Shown here one piece after another: positions 26,050 to 40,595 of a stretch of DNA of 64,000 nucleotides (the first letter of the stretch is position 1; each line of letters begins with the position of its first letter). Made by a program: the position numbers and the translations under genes. Origin of the DNA: Dicyema japonicum (lineage: Eukaryota; Animalia; Dicyemida); the NCBI GenBank assembly GCA_011109175.1, contig RDEW01000006.1:1572133-1636132 (forward strand), in the 5' to 3' direction. The notes beneath the pieces were generated by a model that saw nothing but the letters and a program-made list of their open reading frames with translations, had not been told where the DNA came from and did not search any database.

Positions 26050-26340
26050 AAAAACCAGTATCGGAGACAATTTCTGCAACTTCCACTATCGAACGTCTTA
26101 CAAATGTTAAATTTGACGACCAAGAGTTGGACCAAGCAACCTTACTTGTTCGCTTTGGTGGACTGGGAATCCCCTTACCAAAGGATTTAGCACGTCTTGC
26201 ATATCTATCTTCCTTGTGCAGTCAGTAAGTTGGCGATGATCTAGTCCATCGGATCCGCTCAATGATCAAAAAGTCACCAAAGATCCACGTGAGATTGGAT
26301 GGCTTCGAGAGCCCTTTTCAGAGGAAACAGCATGGCCATT
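26050..26340 (+). mobile_element. CRE fragment
   Basis: QATLLVRFGGLGIPLPKDLARLAYLSS, followed by a short RGNSMAI tail. Confidence 0.65.
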
Positions 26341-26639
26341 CGAGCTCCCAAGATTAAATAATCTTTAACATTTTTAAATAACATTAAATAAAAATTTAAT
26401 AAAAAAATAAATTAATCTATTTAAATGATACTGATTGTGAGACATGCTGTACTGGTTACCATCACATGTCATTTGTAATCAGAGAGCTGTCATATTTAAC
26501 CTACATTCCGTACGATAAAGAATATTTTAATTATTTTCCCGTATTTTGTTAATTTCGGAGAAGGGTGTGTGCTCAAAGATGTTAGTGACTTTCTTTTAAT
26601 TAATAGGTTGTGTTACAAATAGTTTTGATGTCGAGACAA

Positions 26640-26830
26640 TAATGAATGATCTAAGTGGGCATTCGATTCTAGATTTGAAAAACAAACTAAAAATAAAATT
26701 GTTCAAAAATCCAAGTGTTTCATAATTGTTAATGATCTTCTTTATCTCAAAAATGAAGTCAGTCAAAGGCATAAACTCGTTGTATGCAGGACAATGAAAC
26801 CTAAATGCATACAATAGCTTATGCAGGACA
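26640..26830 (+). mobile_element. Ginger/KRBA2-like integrase N-terminal remnant
   Basis: KSKCFIIVNDLLYLKNEVSQRHKLVVC, homologous to 42640-42870. Confidence 0.4.
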
Positions 26831-27479
26831 ATGAAACCTAAATGCATACAATAGCTTATGCTCTTCATAAAGTATTCATATATTGTTCTTGCTTAAGGAA
26901 TTATTGAAAGATTTGAACAAACTCTGAATAGTAATCTCTCTAAATTAATGACAGAAAATGCTACTAAGAATTGGAACAATTCTTAAAATAATTTTTGCGC
27001 ACAACACAACAACGCATGATTCAACCAATGAAACGCCATTTAAAAATTTTAGGGATAAATACAGGCGTTTTAGGGATAAATACAGTAATTCCGACAAATA
27101 CAAAGTTGTTATTTTAATTATAGTGAGAGTTCGATCGATGTTTCAATCATTCGAAGAGATAGACGTGGAAGATAATTATTATTTGCATGGTACATTTTAA
27201 ACTATGGTAGAATAACGAATTATTCTGACCTCACTTTCTGCCCACCAAACCTTAATATGAGATAAAGTATTTTTATAATTAATTTTTTAGATTATGCTAT
27301 CCGTCATAAGGCCTAACAGTTCTGAGATGTTTTATGAAGAAGCAGCTGAAATTATTAATATCTTATCATCGCTATTTTGTTATTTGTTCAAGCTGCTTAT
27401 TCAGTTTTGTATGCTTGTCTTCCATATGGTGGATCCAATTGCTCTTCTTTCGGACATGCTGTGCGAGAGCCTCATACGT

Positions 27480-29700
27480 CCGCTGTCCATCATAGACAAT
27501 ATCCGTGATATCGCTTATATTTGTTGGTGAAGACATTATTTAATTATTGATTGCTGCGTTGGTTCCGCTACCAGGCCGCTGATAACAGAGGAAACCTGCT
27601 ATTATCCCAAATGCAAAACTTAATGATTATCAACAATCTGAAAAAGAACACTAGGACACCATACAATACGAAGGACATGGTGACATCTCAGGACTTATCA
27701 ATATCTCGCCTCATCTTTCCTTGATCATTAATTGGACGGTCCGTTATGACCACCATTCAATGATAATGAAGCTAAACTGCGAGTCACGTTTTGTACCAAA
27801 GTCTATTCATTTCTATGATTACAAAAATGCAAATTGGACTGGCTTTAGAAATTTTGTTGATTAAAACTTCCACCCTGAAAATTTCTCCTCCATAGACAGA
27901 GCTGTATACTATTTCAACAAACAATCATTGATGGAGAAAAATTTTTTGACAGAAAAGCATATATAAAAAAACGAAAAATTGAAATACGACTCAAAAACAA
28001 AGAAAATAATTATGGAAAGAAACAACCTTAGAGAATGAGACATCGTTCACGAGAGGTCATTAATCGAATCAGGTCACTAAACATTCAAATCTCTTTCCCT
28101 GAATAATCAGACCTCAATTTCCAACATGTGGAAGACGTTGAGGCGTCTGAAGAACCCAGAATACGAAGATAACAAAAAACAATGTCAGCTCAATCTGAAT
28201 AAATTTATGAAACATTGTATCCGAATCAGTCACATTCCTTATAAAAAGATTAACACACAACCGAAAATAAAGAGAAAGCTATCCAAAAAGGCCCCACTGA
28301 CTTATTTTCTTCTAAAGATGTTTCCAAAGGAATATCAAATCAGAAACAAACAAACTCATGTGGCTCAGATGGAATTCCTCTTATTCTGCTGAAACACTTG
28401 GGCCCAGCATCAATAAATGCATTGACAATCATCTACAACACATCGCTAAACATAAATACCATACCGACTTTATGGAAACTATCAAAAATTCGTCCAATAT
28501 TGAAGCCGGGAAGACCGAAGAACGATCCCGGCTCTTACAGACCAGTCTCCCTTATATGTGTTTTGTCGAGGATCCTGGAGAAACTGGTCCTAAAAGTTAT
28601 TCGCCCTTCTCTTCCACAACCTACATTCCAACATGGCTTCAAGGAAGGATTATCAACAACCTCCTTCCTAACAACATTAATGAAGTTCATAACTGAAGGA
28701 CACAAGAACAAGCCAAAACAGGAAAAATCGGTCATATGTACGATCGACATTCAAAAAGCTTTCGACTCTGTCCCAAGGAAGATCCTCATACGAAAAATAT
28801 TTTTGACAAAAATTGATGCACCATTAAAGTTATGGTTAGCAAATTTCGTAAGTGGACGCCGAGGGAAAGTGTCCGTCGGAAACAAGAGTTCCAGATCGGG
28901 ATTATTACCCAATGGTGTACCCCAAGGATCTCCTCTGTCACCAATCCTTTTTAATTTGTTTTTGAATGATCTCCCCGTACCTATAAATAATAATGACATG
29001 CTACTTTCCTATGCCGATGACATAGTTGTCGCATCTAGGGACGTAAATGTCGAACATGCTAAAGAAAGACTACACGGAATACTAATAACATATTTGGATG
29101 GTTGTGCGATTAATCGATTAAATGAATGTTTCGGAAAGTCAGCAGTCACTCTATTTACTAAGAATAGAAAGATGGGAACGCAAAAAATTAATGTCACGTT
29201 AATGGAGTGCCTATACCACAAAAGAAATCGCAGAAGATATTGGGAGTAACTTTTTATACTTTCCTCTGTTTTTCAGCCCATGTGGAATCTATCATATCAA
29301 CCTGTGCAAAGAAGATCAATTTTGTAAAAGCCTTCCTTTGGAACTGTGGAGGAATTTATCCGCCAGGTGTCGGAACCCTCTACAAACAGTATATTGAGCT
29401 GTGTGGGGATCTAACCTGTCGGCAACGAATTTAACAAAAATTCAAGAGATCCAGTCAAGAGCAAAAAATTACTGGAAAAATATACAGATAAAGAAATTGC
29501 CCCCAGAACACTTGAGTCTATCATAGAGGCAACTGGAGGAAATTTCAGAAGAGAAAGGATAAAGACCCCGTCCGTATAGAAAATGTGTGGGGTCACGGTC
29601 AGAGCATCGAGAAAATGCCCGATTTTTGAGAGATGCCGGGTTCACCTGAATATTAGTTAGTGGTTAGACGGTGTTTCTTTGGCTTAAATAATAATAAACT
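27480..29700 (+). mobile_element. Jockey/I-like LINE, near full length, decayed
   Basis: APE remnants, then PILKPGRPKNDPGSYRPVSL, IDIQKAFDSV, GVPQGSPLSPILFN, YADDIVV, and a family tail ending near 29700. Confidence 0.85.
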
Positions 29701-30089
29701 TTATCACCCCTAGTTATCAGTTTATAGAATCACATGGGTTATTGATTATTGCATTTTTCAATAAAACTATTCGTTAACAAAGTAAATGCATAAAATTACA
29801 AAAAGTTAAATTTACACATGGACTTTGATATTTCGGCGGAAAAAGGTGAGAAACACAGGTCTAAATAATCGAATTAGGCTGACAAATGTCTAACGTCGTT
29901 GACTTGAGAATTAAACGAGAAGCCACATAATCGATATATTTTACCTAAAACAACGTGATAGAAGAACAGATACACATGAAAACTACATACTCTAATACTT
30001 CTGAAATATTGGAGTGGAACATACAACATGCCAATCGGCAGACATCATTCTGGAAATATTAAAGCACGTCTACATCAGATAGCAGTAAA

Positions 30090-30350
30090 TCGTGACCAGG
30101 TAAGCGAAATCGTCCGTCTGCGTTTGGACCCATTGGCTAAAGGACCTTGAATTCTCTGCACATTAGAACTGGTATCCACATAACTATACCCTACGTGCGA
30201 ATTTGGGCTAACAGAAAAAAACCAGTTGATCTCAATTACCATCGTGAAAAAAGTTGATCTCAATTACTTGCTAAACGTACGTGAAACTCAGTGACTTCTC
30301 CAGTTGATCTCAATTGCCATCGTGAGAGGCAATGTACGTCAATTATGTCG
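30090..30350 (+). mobile_element. CRE 3' tail with triplicated AGTTGATCTCAATT segment
   Basis: ISIAIVRGN at about 30307-30335. The segment is repeated three times in 30224-30325. Confidence 0.45.
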
Positions 30351-30674
30351 GGGGACCATTGACTAATTATTTAAAGCTTAATATAAAAGAAGTATTCATG
30401 TTTAAATCCCACCCAGCATAAAATTGAAAAAACTTGACTACTTTGTATTTATCGTACCAACCCCTTCATATCATGGAAATTTTCTCTTCTTTTTGTTTGA
30501 ATCACTGTCTTATATTACAAGGTTTCCACATTGAAGTCATCATCACATTTCCATTTTTCTCCTTTCATATATATTTTCCCCAGCCCTTTTCAGAATCTCA
30601 ACAGTCTGATATTCATAGATCACTATTTCATTTTTTTACTTTCATTGTTTAAAAAAATGAAATGCCTCATTCTG

Positions 30675-31010
30675 TCATTCGCTGCAACTCTCATAAAAAT
30701 ATCGAATGGCCCACAACGAGTAGTTGATATGGGTTTCACGACCATTGACATCACTTCCCGACCAATAGCTCACTAATATTTTAAGGGTAAAAATCAAAAA
30801 CAAATTTTTTTTTGAAATTTTTTTCATTTTCATCCCCTCTTCTGGAAACATATAGTTTTTCCACGTGCTGATTAAATTCTCAGTTGGATTGAGAAATGGC
30901 GTGTAGGGGGTAATGGAGCAATTCTCTAATATCCGTACAGTAATGGATAAAGGCATATATATTTTGGGTAAAAGAACATCTTGAAATTCATAGTGAGGTC
31001 GGATATTCAT
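30675..31010 (-). mobile_element. Tc1/IS630-like transposase C-terminal remnant
   Basis: TPYTPFLNPTENLISTWK resembles PYSPxLNPIE. Confidence 0.45.
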
Positions 31011-32090
31011 GTAAATTATAATCGTAGACTATAATTCATTAAATATAAATTTTTAAGTTGTTCCAGTGAGCTGAGATCAGGTTTAGAGGTTTTGAAGAAA
31101 TTTAGGATGAGTGTCAGAAAATTCCAGAAGTTCCATAGAAAGATATTTCAAGAAAGTTGATCCTCAATACTTAATCTTGATACGAGCTCAGAAAAATATT
31201 ATAACCGTGCTTCTTAAAAATATCGTTTCTTTCTAAAATCCTTTGGGTTGATTTCCTCGTATTCAATATTCTTTGAAACTTGAAGACTTTACATCTCTAA
31301 TATCCCCTGGTTACGCCTAATAGGTTTTATCCCGTTCGCCTGGTCGAAGTGGGACGCTTACTTTCCGTGCATCACGTCGTTTCAATGTATCCCCCATTTT
31401 GCAAACCCCTGCACTAGAGTATGGAAGATAGAGATTCTTTAAAGATACTGGCCAGGCACTGCCGTCTTCTGTGTTAAACGATATCATAATTTAAATCCAT
31501 TACTACATCTTAGTAAGAATCAGAATGTCGTTGAAATTACTTCCTATGATATTGTCGCATATTATAGAACCTTCGGAATTCATAAAATCAATCATGGTAG
31601 AACATCAATTTCTGACTACTTTAAACGAGTAATTCGGAACATGTACTCACACGATAGAGCGATAGGTAGTTTTTATTCTGTATATTGCTTGTGATACGAC
31701 GATGAATTTGTTTTTAATCTTCTAAAAATGATTATGGATATTGTCTCATTGTTTTGAATAATATTTCACTGAAATATTAATCGTATGAATCATAGTTCCA
31801 CCAAAACAGTTATGAAATAATTTAAACTTGTTAAATAAATTTTAAATAAATTAATAACATGAATATTATTAATTTTTTGAAAAGTTTTGGTTGAGCTGAT
31901 GGCTTTTTATTAAAAAAATATTTATGTAAAACCCAAGAAGGTAGTTGCGACGGATATTATCATACTTACGTTCAATGTTAGAGTGATGTCCAAATTCTGG
32001 AAGATAAAAAACCTTGTGAAATACAAAATTGATATCGGATGCCCTCAGGTGACTAAACCGACTAATGGACTTGAAGAGCATCGTGTAGAC

Positions 32091-33182
32091 CAGGGGTTCT
32101 CAACCTTTTTTTACTCGTCGACCCCCCAAATATTTAATTGACCCCTTAAAACTTTTTATTTAAATAGACAATTCTAAGTAAAATTAGTTAACTATCTAAA
32201 ATGAATTCATTGTTAATAATCAAATCAAACAAAAAAAGTATATACTCGATGTTAAGTTGGTATCTTAGCATAAATCTATAATAGAAAAAGAATTAAATAC
32301 CAATGGGATGTTTTTTGACCAAAGATTCAATATCTGGCACTACATGTGTTATTTTTAAACGAATATCTCCTCTAATGGACACATCCAATTTGTTTCGTTC
32401 TTTATTTACAATTCGATGTAGAATGCTAAATCCGCATTCAACACAGTATGATATCGGAAAATAGAGTAGCAATTGTGCTATTTCTGTCCACAATTTCGGA
32501 TAACTCTCTTTCACTTTCATATTTTTCCAAAAAAATAACAGGTGATTGTGAATCATTATAATATAGTTTTCATTCTGGATTGAATTTTAACATAATTAAT
32601 TCCTCTTGGGAACTCTCATTTTTGGAATAATCATTGCAATTTTATAGGATGCAATTAGTCCTCCTAAATATATTTTAAAATAACAACAACTATTGTTTCT
32701 TTCATTACTATTTGTAAAAACAGTGTCAATCGTTTTTTGTTTACAAATAAATCCTTTAATTCTTCAAAATACTCTAATGGTTTATCTTTTTTATCCGGAT
32801 GTATTCTCCTAAGATGATCCAACAATTTGGACGGTTTCATTGCATCAGTTGATTATCACTTATAACACAGTAAGCAATATGGTCTATTATCAAAAGAATT
32901 TTTTATAAATCCAAATGCCAAATATTCATTTTTATATTGACGAATTTTTAATGTAAAAGAACAACTCATACACGAACAAAAACAAGCATGGTAATTTTAA
33001 AAATTAAAAAAAACAAATGTTTACCACTTTAAAAATAAACTAACTTAATTTAAAATGAAAAAAGTTAAATGTATTAAATTTATTTTCGACCCCCAAATAT
33101 TTCATTTTTGACCCCCTTACGGTCGATCTGGGTTGATTTTCGACCCCAGGGGGTCGAATCGACCCCAGGTTGAGAACCGCTG
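32091..33182 (-). mobile_element. Internally deleted hAT (Buster) element
   Basis: TIRs CAG(G/C)GGTTCTCAACCT and 8-bp TSD GTGTAGAC/GTGTAGAA (nnnTAnnn). Retains an N-terminal remnant (YLAFGF..RPYCLLC) and a dimerisation-domain remnant (FPISYCVECGFS..RGDIRL). Confidence 0.9.
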
Positions 33183-33249
33183 GTGTAGAATACCACCTAA
33201 TATTCCTGTTTTGTGATGCAAAGCACTATGGCTTGGGAATTGGATTCCT

Positions 33250-34335
33250 CTTATTCCGATACTAGTGCATTAACGACAGGATTGATGTTCTACAACTCAA
33301 AATAAATTATTCCCCTCTAATAGTTGTCTAACGATTATTAACTATAAATTTACCACAGTTGGTGGATTGATAACGACCCTGAAGAAAACTGACGATTTCT
33401 ACACTTCACTAGAGCCGTATATAGTGAATATGAACATTCTTCATTGATTTTCATTGTTGGTGATCTGATTGTCCAAGTAGAAATTCGATCTGGCTGCAAG
33501 AAACGTTTATGGAAAAACATGGCTGAGAGAGAAGACTGTCGGGAACATTACTGGAAAACTTTTTTCCAAGTGAACAAATGATGCATCTGCAACTTTATGC
33601 GCATGAGTGGTCTGACAACAGGACGAGTTCTGACGGCCTAGTTGCCTATATCTACAGCCAAGTTGACTTCATAATATTTCGGTATAAAGACAAAGCTAGT
33701 GTAACTAACGCTCCTTCATATGGTGGATTTTGATTGGCAGAGGGCATTGCAGTTATTCAATGAATACAACTAGGAAGGTGGCTGTCAATATTGTCCTGTT
33801 TGGGTCGAGGAGTATACTGAAGGATATCTATCAGCATACCAGAGTGGTTCTCGAATGGGAACCTCTACGTCCGATCCTATATGGGATGCGGAACTGTGTA
33901 AAGATTTAAAACAACTACAAAAATCCTAGGTTGTCAAGATCTTCAATTCTGTCAGTCGACAAAAAACTCATTGAAGTGATTGAAAGCTTCCTAAACTCAT
34001 CCACTACCCAACTGATAAGAATTATACTCTCAGATACGGAGTTCTCGGTAAGAGTTGGGAGAGCATTTTTAAAACATTCAATGAGGACCACACAAGAAGA
34101 CCACCTTCTTATATTTTTTGTACGCTCTTCCATTCTGTGGATGACTGAGGATCACTTTCCTGATGATCCAAACACTGACCTCCAAAAGATTGGAAGATGC
34201 ATAAAAACTAGAGAGGATCTGGATGTACTACGTGAGCTTGTACATGACAGGGGCGAGTGGAGGAAAATGACTTTGTTCCTATTTTCTCGAGTTGTACATG
34301 CTTTGTCATTACCATGGCAATGCGAGAGTTCTTAA
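33250..34335 (+). mobile_element. Decayed, internally deleted RTE/RTEX-like LINE
   Basis: APE remnant (DDFYTSLE..IVGDL), an RT piece, then the 3' end DLQKIGRCIKTREDLDVLRELVHDRGEWRKMT. Confidence 0.65.
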
Positions 34336-34862
34336 TGATAATTGATAATTTTGTTAGAGAAAAAGCGGATTCAATAGTTGACTGATTCGAGAGGACTTGC
34401 CTAATTAAGGTACATGCATCCTCAGAATTATCTTTAAGCACAAGACAGTTTCTCTATAAATCATCCAGAAGATCGATAATTTTTATAATTTGTCAAATCG
34501 TAATTCCCAAGTGGATTTACTGCTAACATACACATGGGGACCACACTTTTATTTGAGATAAGAACTGTTATTCTAATTCATGAACGGGTCCAAGGCATCA
34601 GGTATTAACTTATATTATTTGTGTGCGAGTCCCAGTAGAGAATCCAATTCCACAGTGATTTTATCGCTTGTGATGGCGTCACTCGTCAAGTCACGAAGTA
34701 TCGGAAACATATGGAACCTTCAGTCATAGCGGCCTTGAGTAAGAGTAGAACATAAAAGTATATGAGCTCTAACTGTCACCTAAATCACTATTCCACCCGA
34801 CCAGATACTATTAATAAAGCGAATTCTCTAGTAATTTAATATATTAGTGTAATAGCTGTCAT

Positions 34863-36479
34863 TTAGTAGAGAATCTCTTCAGTGGCAAAGTCGGAGACCA
34901 ATAGTTTTTGCAAGAAGATGGAAAATGCCGCTAAACTAATAAAACCACCAAACTTGAGAGTCGCTTGTATTTTTGATTAAAAGCCAGTCCTTTTACGAAA
35001 ATAAAATAGACCGGAATTCCACAAAGAATAATTAGGAGAGAGTAACCACAATCTTGTGGTCTGGCTTTTAATGTTGTTACAAACAGAAATATTTCAATGA
35101 TTATGAAGAATATCGGATGAAACAGATTTACCTGAAAATAAGCTAATAACAACCTTAAACGTGGGTTTATAGGTCGTGTCGTACTTTCTCATATAAATTA
35201 AAGTGGAAATAGTCAGCGCTTGAAATATTTGCTCTCCAAACGTTAAAAAGTTGATAATTGCTTCAATATCGTTGAAAGAGACGATAATAAAGGAAATGAT
35301 TGCTGTGATTAGAAGGGGGATAATAGGAGTTCGCAGATTAATAGTCACCAAGGAGAACACACGTGGGAGGTTCCCATCTCTCCCAGCAGCAAAGAATGCA
35401 CGTGAAAGAGAGAGGAATCCTCCATTCATACTACCGAATGTTGAAAGAGTGACAAAAATAGGCAACGACTCGTATAAATAGTAAGACACGTGGTCAGCAA
35501 ATGACTAAAATTATGAAAATATTACTAACCAATCCAATCGTGTTAGTGTTGATCAATTCGTGTTTAGGGATTACAACAAAGTAGGCCAGATTGGTCAGCA
35601 AATAGATGAGAATGACTGAAAAAAGTGAAAATATGATAGCTAGGGGGACATTCCTCTGGTTAATCATAGAGTAACCTTTTGGGGTTTATGACTTCTTCAC
35701 TGATAGAGTTGAGACAGTTCCAACCGGAATATGTGAATATGCCCGCATAAATGGCAAGGGAAATTCCACCGATGTCACTCGACGTCTGATTCCAATTAAC
35801 CCTGTAGATCAAAGAGGGATCTATTTATTGCCAAATCTCACCCCTTCTGAGAACATCCAATCCGGCACAAATAATAATAATAAGGGAGACTGCCTTGGCT
35901 GCTGTAAACACATTCTGAATTATGCTAGAGAGTTTCACGCTTATGCAGTTAATGATAGCCAGGAGGACTACAAATTACACCAATTCTACTTATGGACATG
36001 TCGGCTACCAGAATGGCCAAATAGAGAGGAGGTTCACATTCTTTGTAAATCGATCGGAGGTATATTTACCGAAAGCCAATGCTTTTACGGACGTGCTGGC
36101 CGGCATTACTATTATCAGCAAATTCCACGAATATAAAAATGCGAAAATGTTTCCATAGGCTTGTTGTAGATATGCGTATTCTCCCCCGGATTTGGTTATG
36201 GCTGACCCTAGTTCTGCATATGACATGCCCCAGTGGTGGCTATGAGTCCAGTAATCACCCACACAATCAAACTTAGGCCAGTTGACCCACTTTTCTAGGT
36301 TTTATCAGTTATTGAAAACTTTAGCGACTGTTGATGCTGATATGAATATTCCACTCCCAATCATATATCCTATAATGATCCCCACACTGTTGAACAAGGT
36401 CAGAGTCTTCTTTAGACGGACTGGTTCACTAGTAACTTCACCCATTCAGCTTTTTACGATTTTGACTTGTAATCTCCAT
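34863..36479 (-). CDS. SLC7 / LAT-family (L-type) amino-acid transporter, 8 micro-introns
   Basis: LKKTLTLFNSVGIIIGYMIGSGIF, YAELGSAITKSGGEYAYL, YSGWNCLNSISEEVINPKRNVPLAI, STFGSMNGG, AAGRDGNLP. Introns of 22, 25, 22, 21, 22, 25, 22 and 23 nt. Two apparent single-base deletions (about 36229 and 36052). Confidence 0.92.
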
Positions 36480-37149
36480 TAAGAAACAAACTTTACGCCC
36501 AAAACCTCAAATTACCTTAATTTGCTGAGTCGTACAAACTAATTAAAAATAATAATTTATGGTAATTTAGTTTTATCAAATAACAGAAATTTACTTTGGT
36601 ACAAATCAGATACCACATCCATGAGGTTTTCTTATAGGGACACCAAGTCCTCACATAAGACATTTATAATCAGATAAAATCTCCTTAAAGATCACCTATC
36701 ATGCTATCCAGTCCCTTCATAATACAGTTATAGTCAGTGCAATCTCCATTGAGATCTCTTATAAAGCAATTCGTCCACTTGTAAGACAGTTATAACTAGG
36801 CTTACACTTTATTATTTTAGAAATCAGGATCTATAAATTTTGATTATTTTTTCAAAAAATCAATGCATGTTCAATTTACAACTCAATAATGCGTTTCCAC
36901 GTAATACGGTAATCCCGATCGTTGTCTTAGTTAAGTAACCCTGACTTCACTTAATTGTAGAAGGCCAGCAGCTATTAAATTGGATGTAGCAAATGTTGGT
37001 TGCTTCCATAGATCGGTCAGTCCCGGCATTGTAAACGAACGTTGTGCTAAATTATGGCATTCAAATAGGTGATTCGGTTTAGTATGTTAAGGATTAGAAG
37101 TTGTCTTAAATAATTTTTTTATAATTGTTTAATTTTTTTAACTGCTGGA

Positions 37150-37735
37150 AAAACTAGATCAGTGACCAAGTTCCTTCCAAATGGGTTCCCTCAAGGATCT
37201 CCACTGTCACCACACCTGTTTAACCTATTCTTAAATGACATGCCCTCCTTTGCCAGTGACGAATGCTCTGGTTCTGACATATGCGGATGATATAATCGTC
37301 GCAGTCAAAGACCAGTGCGTTAATACTGCTGTTACCGGATACAAGCTTTATTGGACGATCTGAACTGTTGGCTGGTTAAGAACATTCTACATACAAGTCC
37401 CGAAAAGTCTTATACAACAATTTCTCAACAAACAGAAGATTGACAAACTCCGCTTCATGTGTAACCATAAATGGAAACTCAATCCCCACGATCAACTCGG
37501 TCAAGATACTGGACGTAACTTACGACCCACTCTTGACCTTCAGCAAACACATCGACAACGTCATCTCTTCGGCACAACGAAAACCAAATTTTGTTAAAAC
37601 ACTCCTTGGACAATATAATGGGTGTTTCAACTCAAATTTGGACTCGCTCTACGTGCAGTGTACTCAACCGTTTCTAACTTACGGGTGCATAGGGAACCAA
37701 CCTATCAAAAAGAAATATGATATTTCCTTAGTAGG
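37150..37735 (+). mobile_element. Jockey/I-like RT fragment
   Basis: GFPQGSPLSPHLFN, YADDII, VKILDVTYDP. Confidence 0.75.
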
Positions 37736-39900
37736 TTTCACTTGAATGTTGCATATTTGTACAAATTCGTTGCAGAAAGTTAGATCCCCAGATATTACAT
37801 GCGTATCTATTGTAGCCTCGATGAACTGTTTGTATATGACATCCAGACCACTCAGATCTTTTATGTATCTTAGGTTTCCCATGAACGCCTTCAGGAAGTT
37901 GATTTTCCTTGTACAAGTCAATAACATATTTTCGACATGTTTTGTAAAAGTTAAGAAGGTGTCCAAGATAACTCCAGGATTTTCTGATATTTGTTTTGCG
38001 GGATAATCTTCCCATCCAATGTGACGTCGATTGATACTTTCCCTAGTTTTCTGTTTGTCGTGAATAGGGTCGACACCGAGTACTCCAGGCTAGCAGTCAA
38101 TTGATTTTCCCAAATCCATAAACTTAATTTATTCATATTGTCCTGTATTCTTCTCGTTACCTCCACAATGCTCACATCTCTTGAGGCAATGATTATATCA
38201 TCAGCATACGTTAATAATATGTCATCGTCCTCTGAGGGAGTGGCAAGTCATCCATTATAACGTTGAACAATAGGGGAGATAATGGAGAGCCCTGGGGTAC
38301 GCCATTTGCTAATAGTCTCGATACGGAACATCAATTGCCATAGTGTACTCGTCCTCGTCGACCACTAAGAAATTTCCCAACCATAATTTCAGGTTTTCGT
38401 CATTTTGTGCGTGATAATCCTCCTCGAAACCGAGTCAAAAGCCTTCTGGATATTAATTGAGCATACAATCGTCTTTTTCTGTCCTGGTCTTTTGTTAAGG
38501 CCATCTGTTATGAACTTCTTTAATGTATTTAGGTGTGAGAAAGTTGATCGTCCCTCTTAAAGGGAATGTCGCGTGTGAGTGTCATAATCATCCTTTCTAG
38601 GATTCTTGACTGGACTCACAAGAGCGACAAAGGCCTGTAAAAAGCAGGGTCTTCCCTTGGTTTCCCAGGTTTCAGTATTGGATGAATATTCAAAAGTTTC
38701 CATATAGCGGGAATACAGTTGAAGTTGATTGAGTAGTTGAAGATGCATGTTAGTGCTTATACTCCCACTGTGCCCATCTTTTTCAACAGAATAACCGGGA
38801 TCCCGTCCGGTTCACAGGAATGTGTGTTCTTTGTTTGATAAATCTCTAAAGCGACATCTCCAGGTAGAACATACATTGTTGGTGCCTCCTTTTCGGTTTC
38901 GGTTTTTTGTGGAGGAATTATTTTTTGGAATGGTTTGTGGCTTATTCTCACACAATTTTTGATAAATTTATTTAGATCCACTTCCTGTTCACGGTCTCCC
39001 TCGATTTTGATTTCAGCATTTTTGACATTGCGCAGCATCCTCCACATTTTGGTAAGTGAACTATTTTTTCATAGTCTAGAAATTCGGCCCAGTTTTTTGA
39101 GAAGTTTCGTCTCTTCATGTTCAGTGCACGGATTCTAGTATCATTTGTTAGGTGCTTTTTACGTTTGAGACAATTCCATTCTTTTATTGTTGGATTGTGC
39201 TAGCATCATATTTCTTTGTGAGTTTTAAGAATCTTTTTCTAACAAATAGTTTCCTCCCTTCCATCGATTGAGTTGAAATTATTCGGATGAAATTCAATAG
39301 GGCCGAATCCACGTATCTTCTGAATCCTGTCTAGTCAGCATTAATATAGTCATAAAAATGATGTGTTTTGACCGCGTCGTTGGTGTAGAATTGATCTCGA
39401 TCAGAATGGGATTATGGTCGCTTCTTAAGTTATAGTTTACCGACCAGCATATAAGCGGAGCAAGCCGTGGTGAACATAACGTAATATCCGGTGATATAAC
39501 AGAATCCTTGCTATTATACGGGATTCGTGATTCCTAATTGGGTCGTTCATAATGGACAGATTTTCTAGTTGGGAAATAATATGAAATCCTTTTGTGTCTG
39601 GAGGTTGTTTCTCATACTACGAAGGGTACTTGGCATCAAAATCTCAGGACATCAACAAGTTTTCCATCATATCTAGGGCAGACAAATTCATAGAAAATCC
39701 TTTTGCACAGGAACCTGGAAGGGGAACATAGACGTTAACGATACTAATAGCTCCGAGAGAGGTCTGTACCGAAATCCCAATAATTTCTGTGTTTGCGTCT
39801 TCTCTCAGATTCCTGAATATGGAGGAGTGTTTGTCGAACATAATGCAGGGTCAATAGTCCTCCAGCTCGGCCCGATTGTCGGTCGAATACATTGAACCGG
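37735..39900 (-). mobile_element. Jockey/I-like LINE (APE plus RT), 3'-truncated
   Basis: SIVNVYVP, CEPDGIP, NIQKAFDSV, GVPQGSPLSP, YADDII. Confidence 0.85.
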
Positions 39901-40099
39901 ACTTTTAAAAGATCAAATTAAAAAATATTAAGAATATTTAAAAACCATAAGAATTTACAAATATTATTAATTGAGAAAGAAAATGTCTCAAATAAATTAA
40001 TTAAATTGGCGTGCTGAAATGCGCCTTGTACAAATTTCAAGAGAAACCAAGGAAAAAATACAAAAAATTAAAAGAAATGTAGGATGAGTTGAACATCTC

Positions 40100-40520
40100 A
40101 AGACGACAAAGAGATCTTTTAATGAAAATAGCTAAAAAATATTTTTTAAATAGAACTAAATTATGAAGATACCTTTGTCAGATAAAACTGTTCTGTTTTT
40201 GTCGGAAAATATTGAAAACAATGTCTTATTTTCTATTAAGGAAACTTATTTTTAATTGCATATATATCATTTGACTTTTTTGGAAAAATTACATAACAAT
40301 ACTTGTTCTGTAAGCTTACTTTAACTACTACTCGAGGAATTGACATAATATTTCATTCGCCAATTGTATATGTACAGATGGAGCCCCGTCTATGTCTGGT
40401 CGTCTTAATGGACTTGTTTCATTAGTTAAATCTAAAAATAATGAGGAGGTATCATCATATTGTGTTTCAGAACAGTTAGCGAAACAGGATTTTTCTACGC
40501 TGCATCATATGAAATAAAAA
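40100..40520 (+). mobile_element. hAT Buster transposase remnant
   Basis: CTDGAPSMSGRLNGLVSLVK. Confidence 0.55.
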
Positions 40521-40595
40521 CAAACGGGAAATTTTGAAAATATTGATACAGAAATTCGAGGCCGTTGTCAACCATTCGACCAGATATTAATGATA

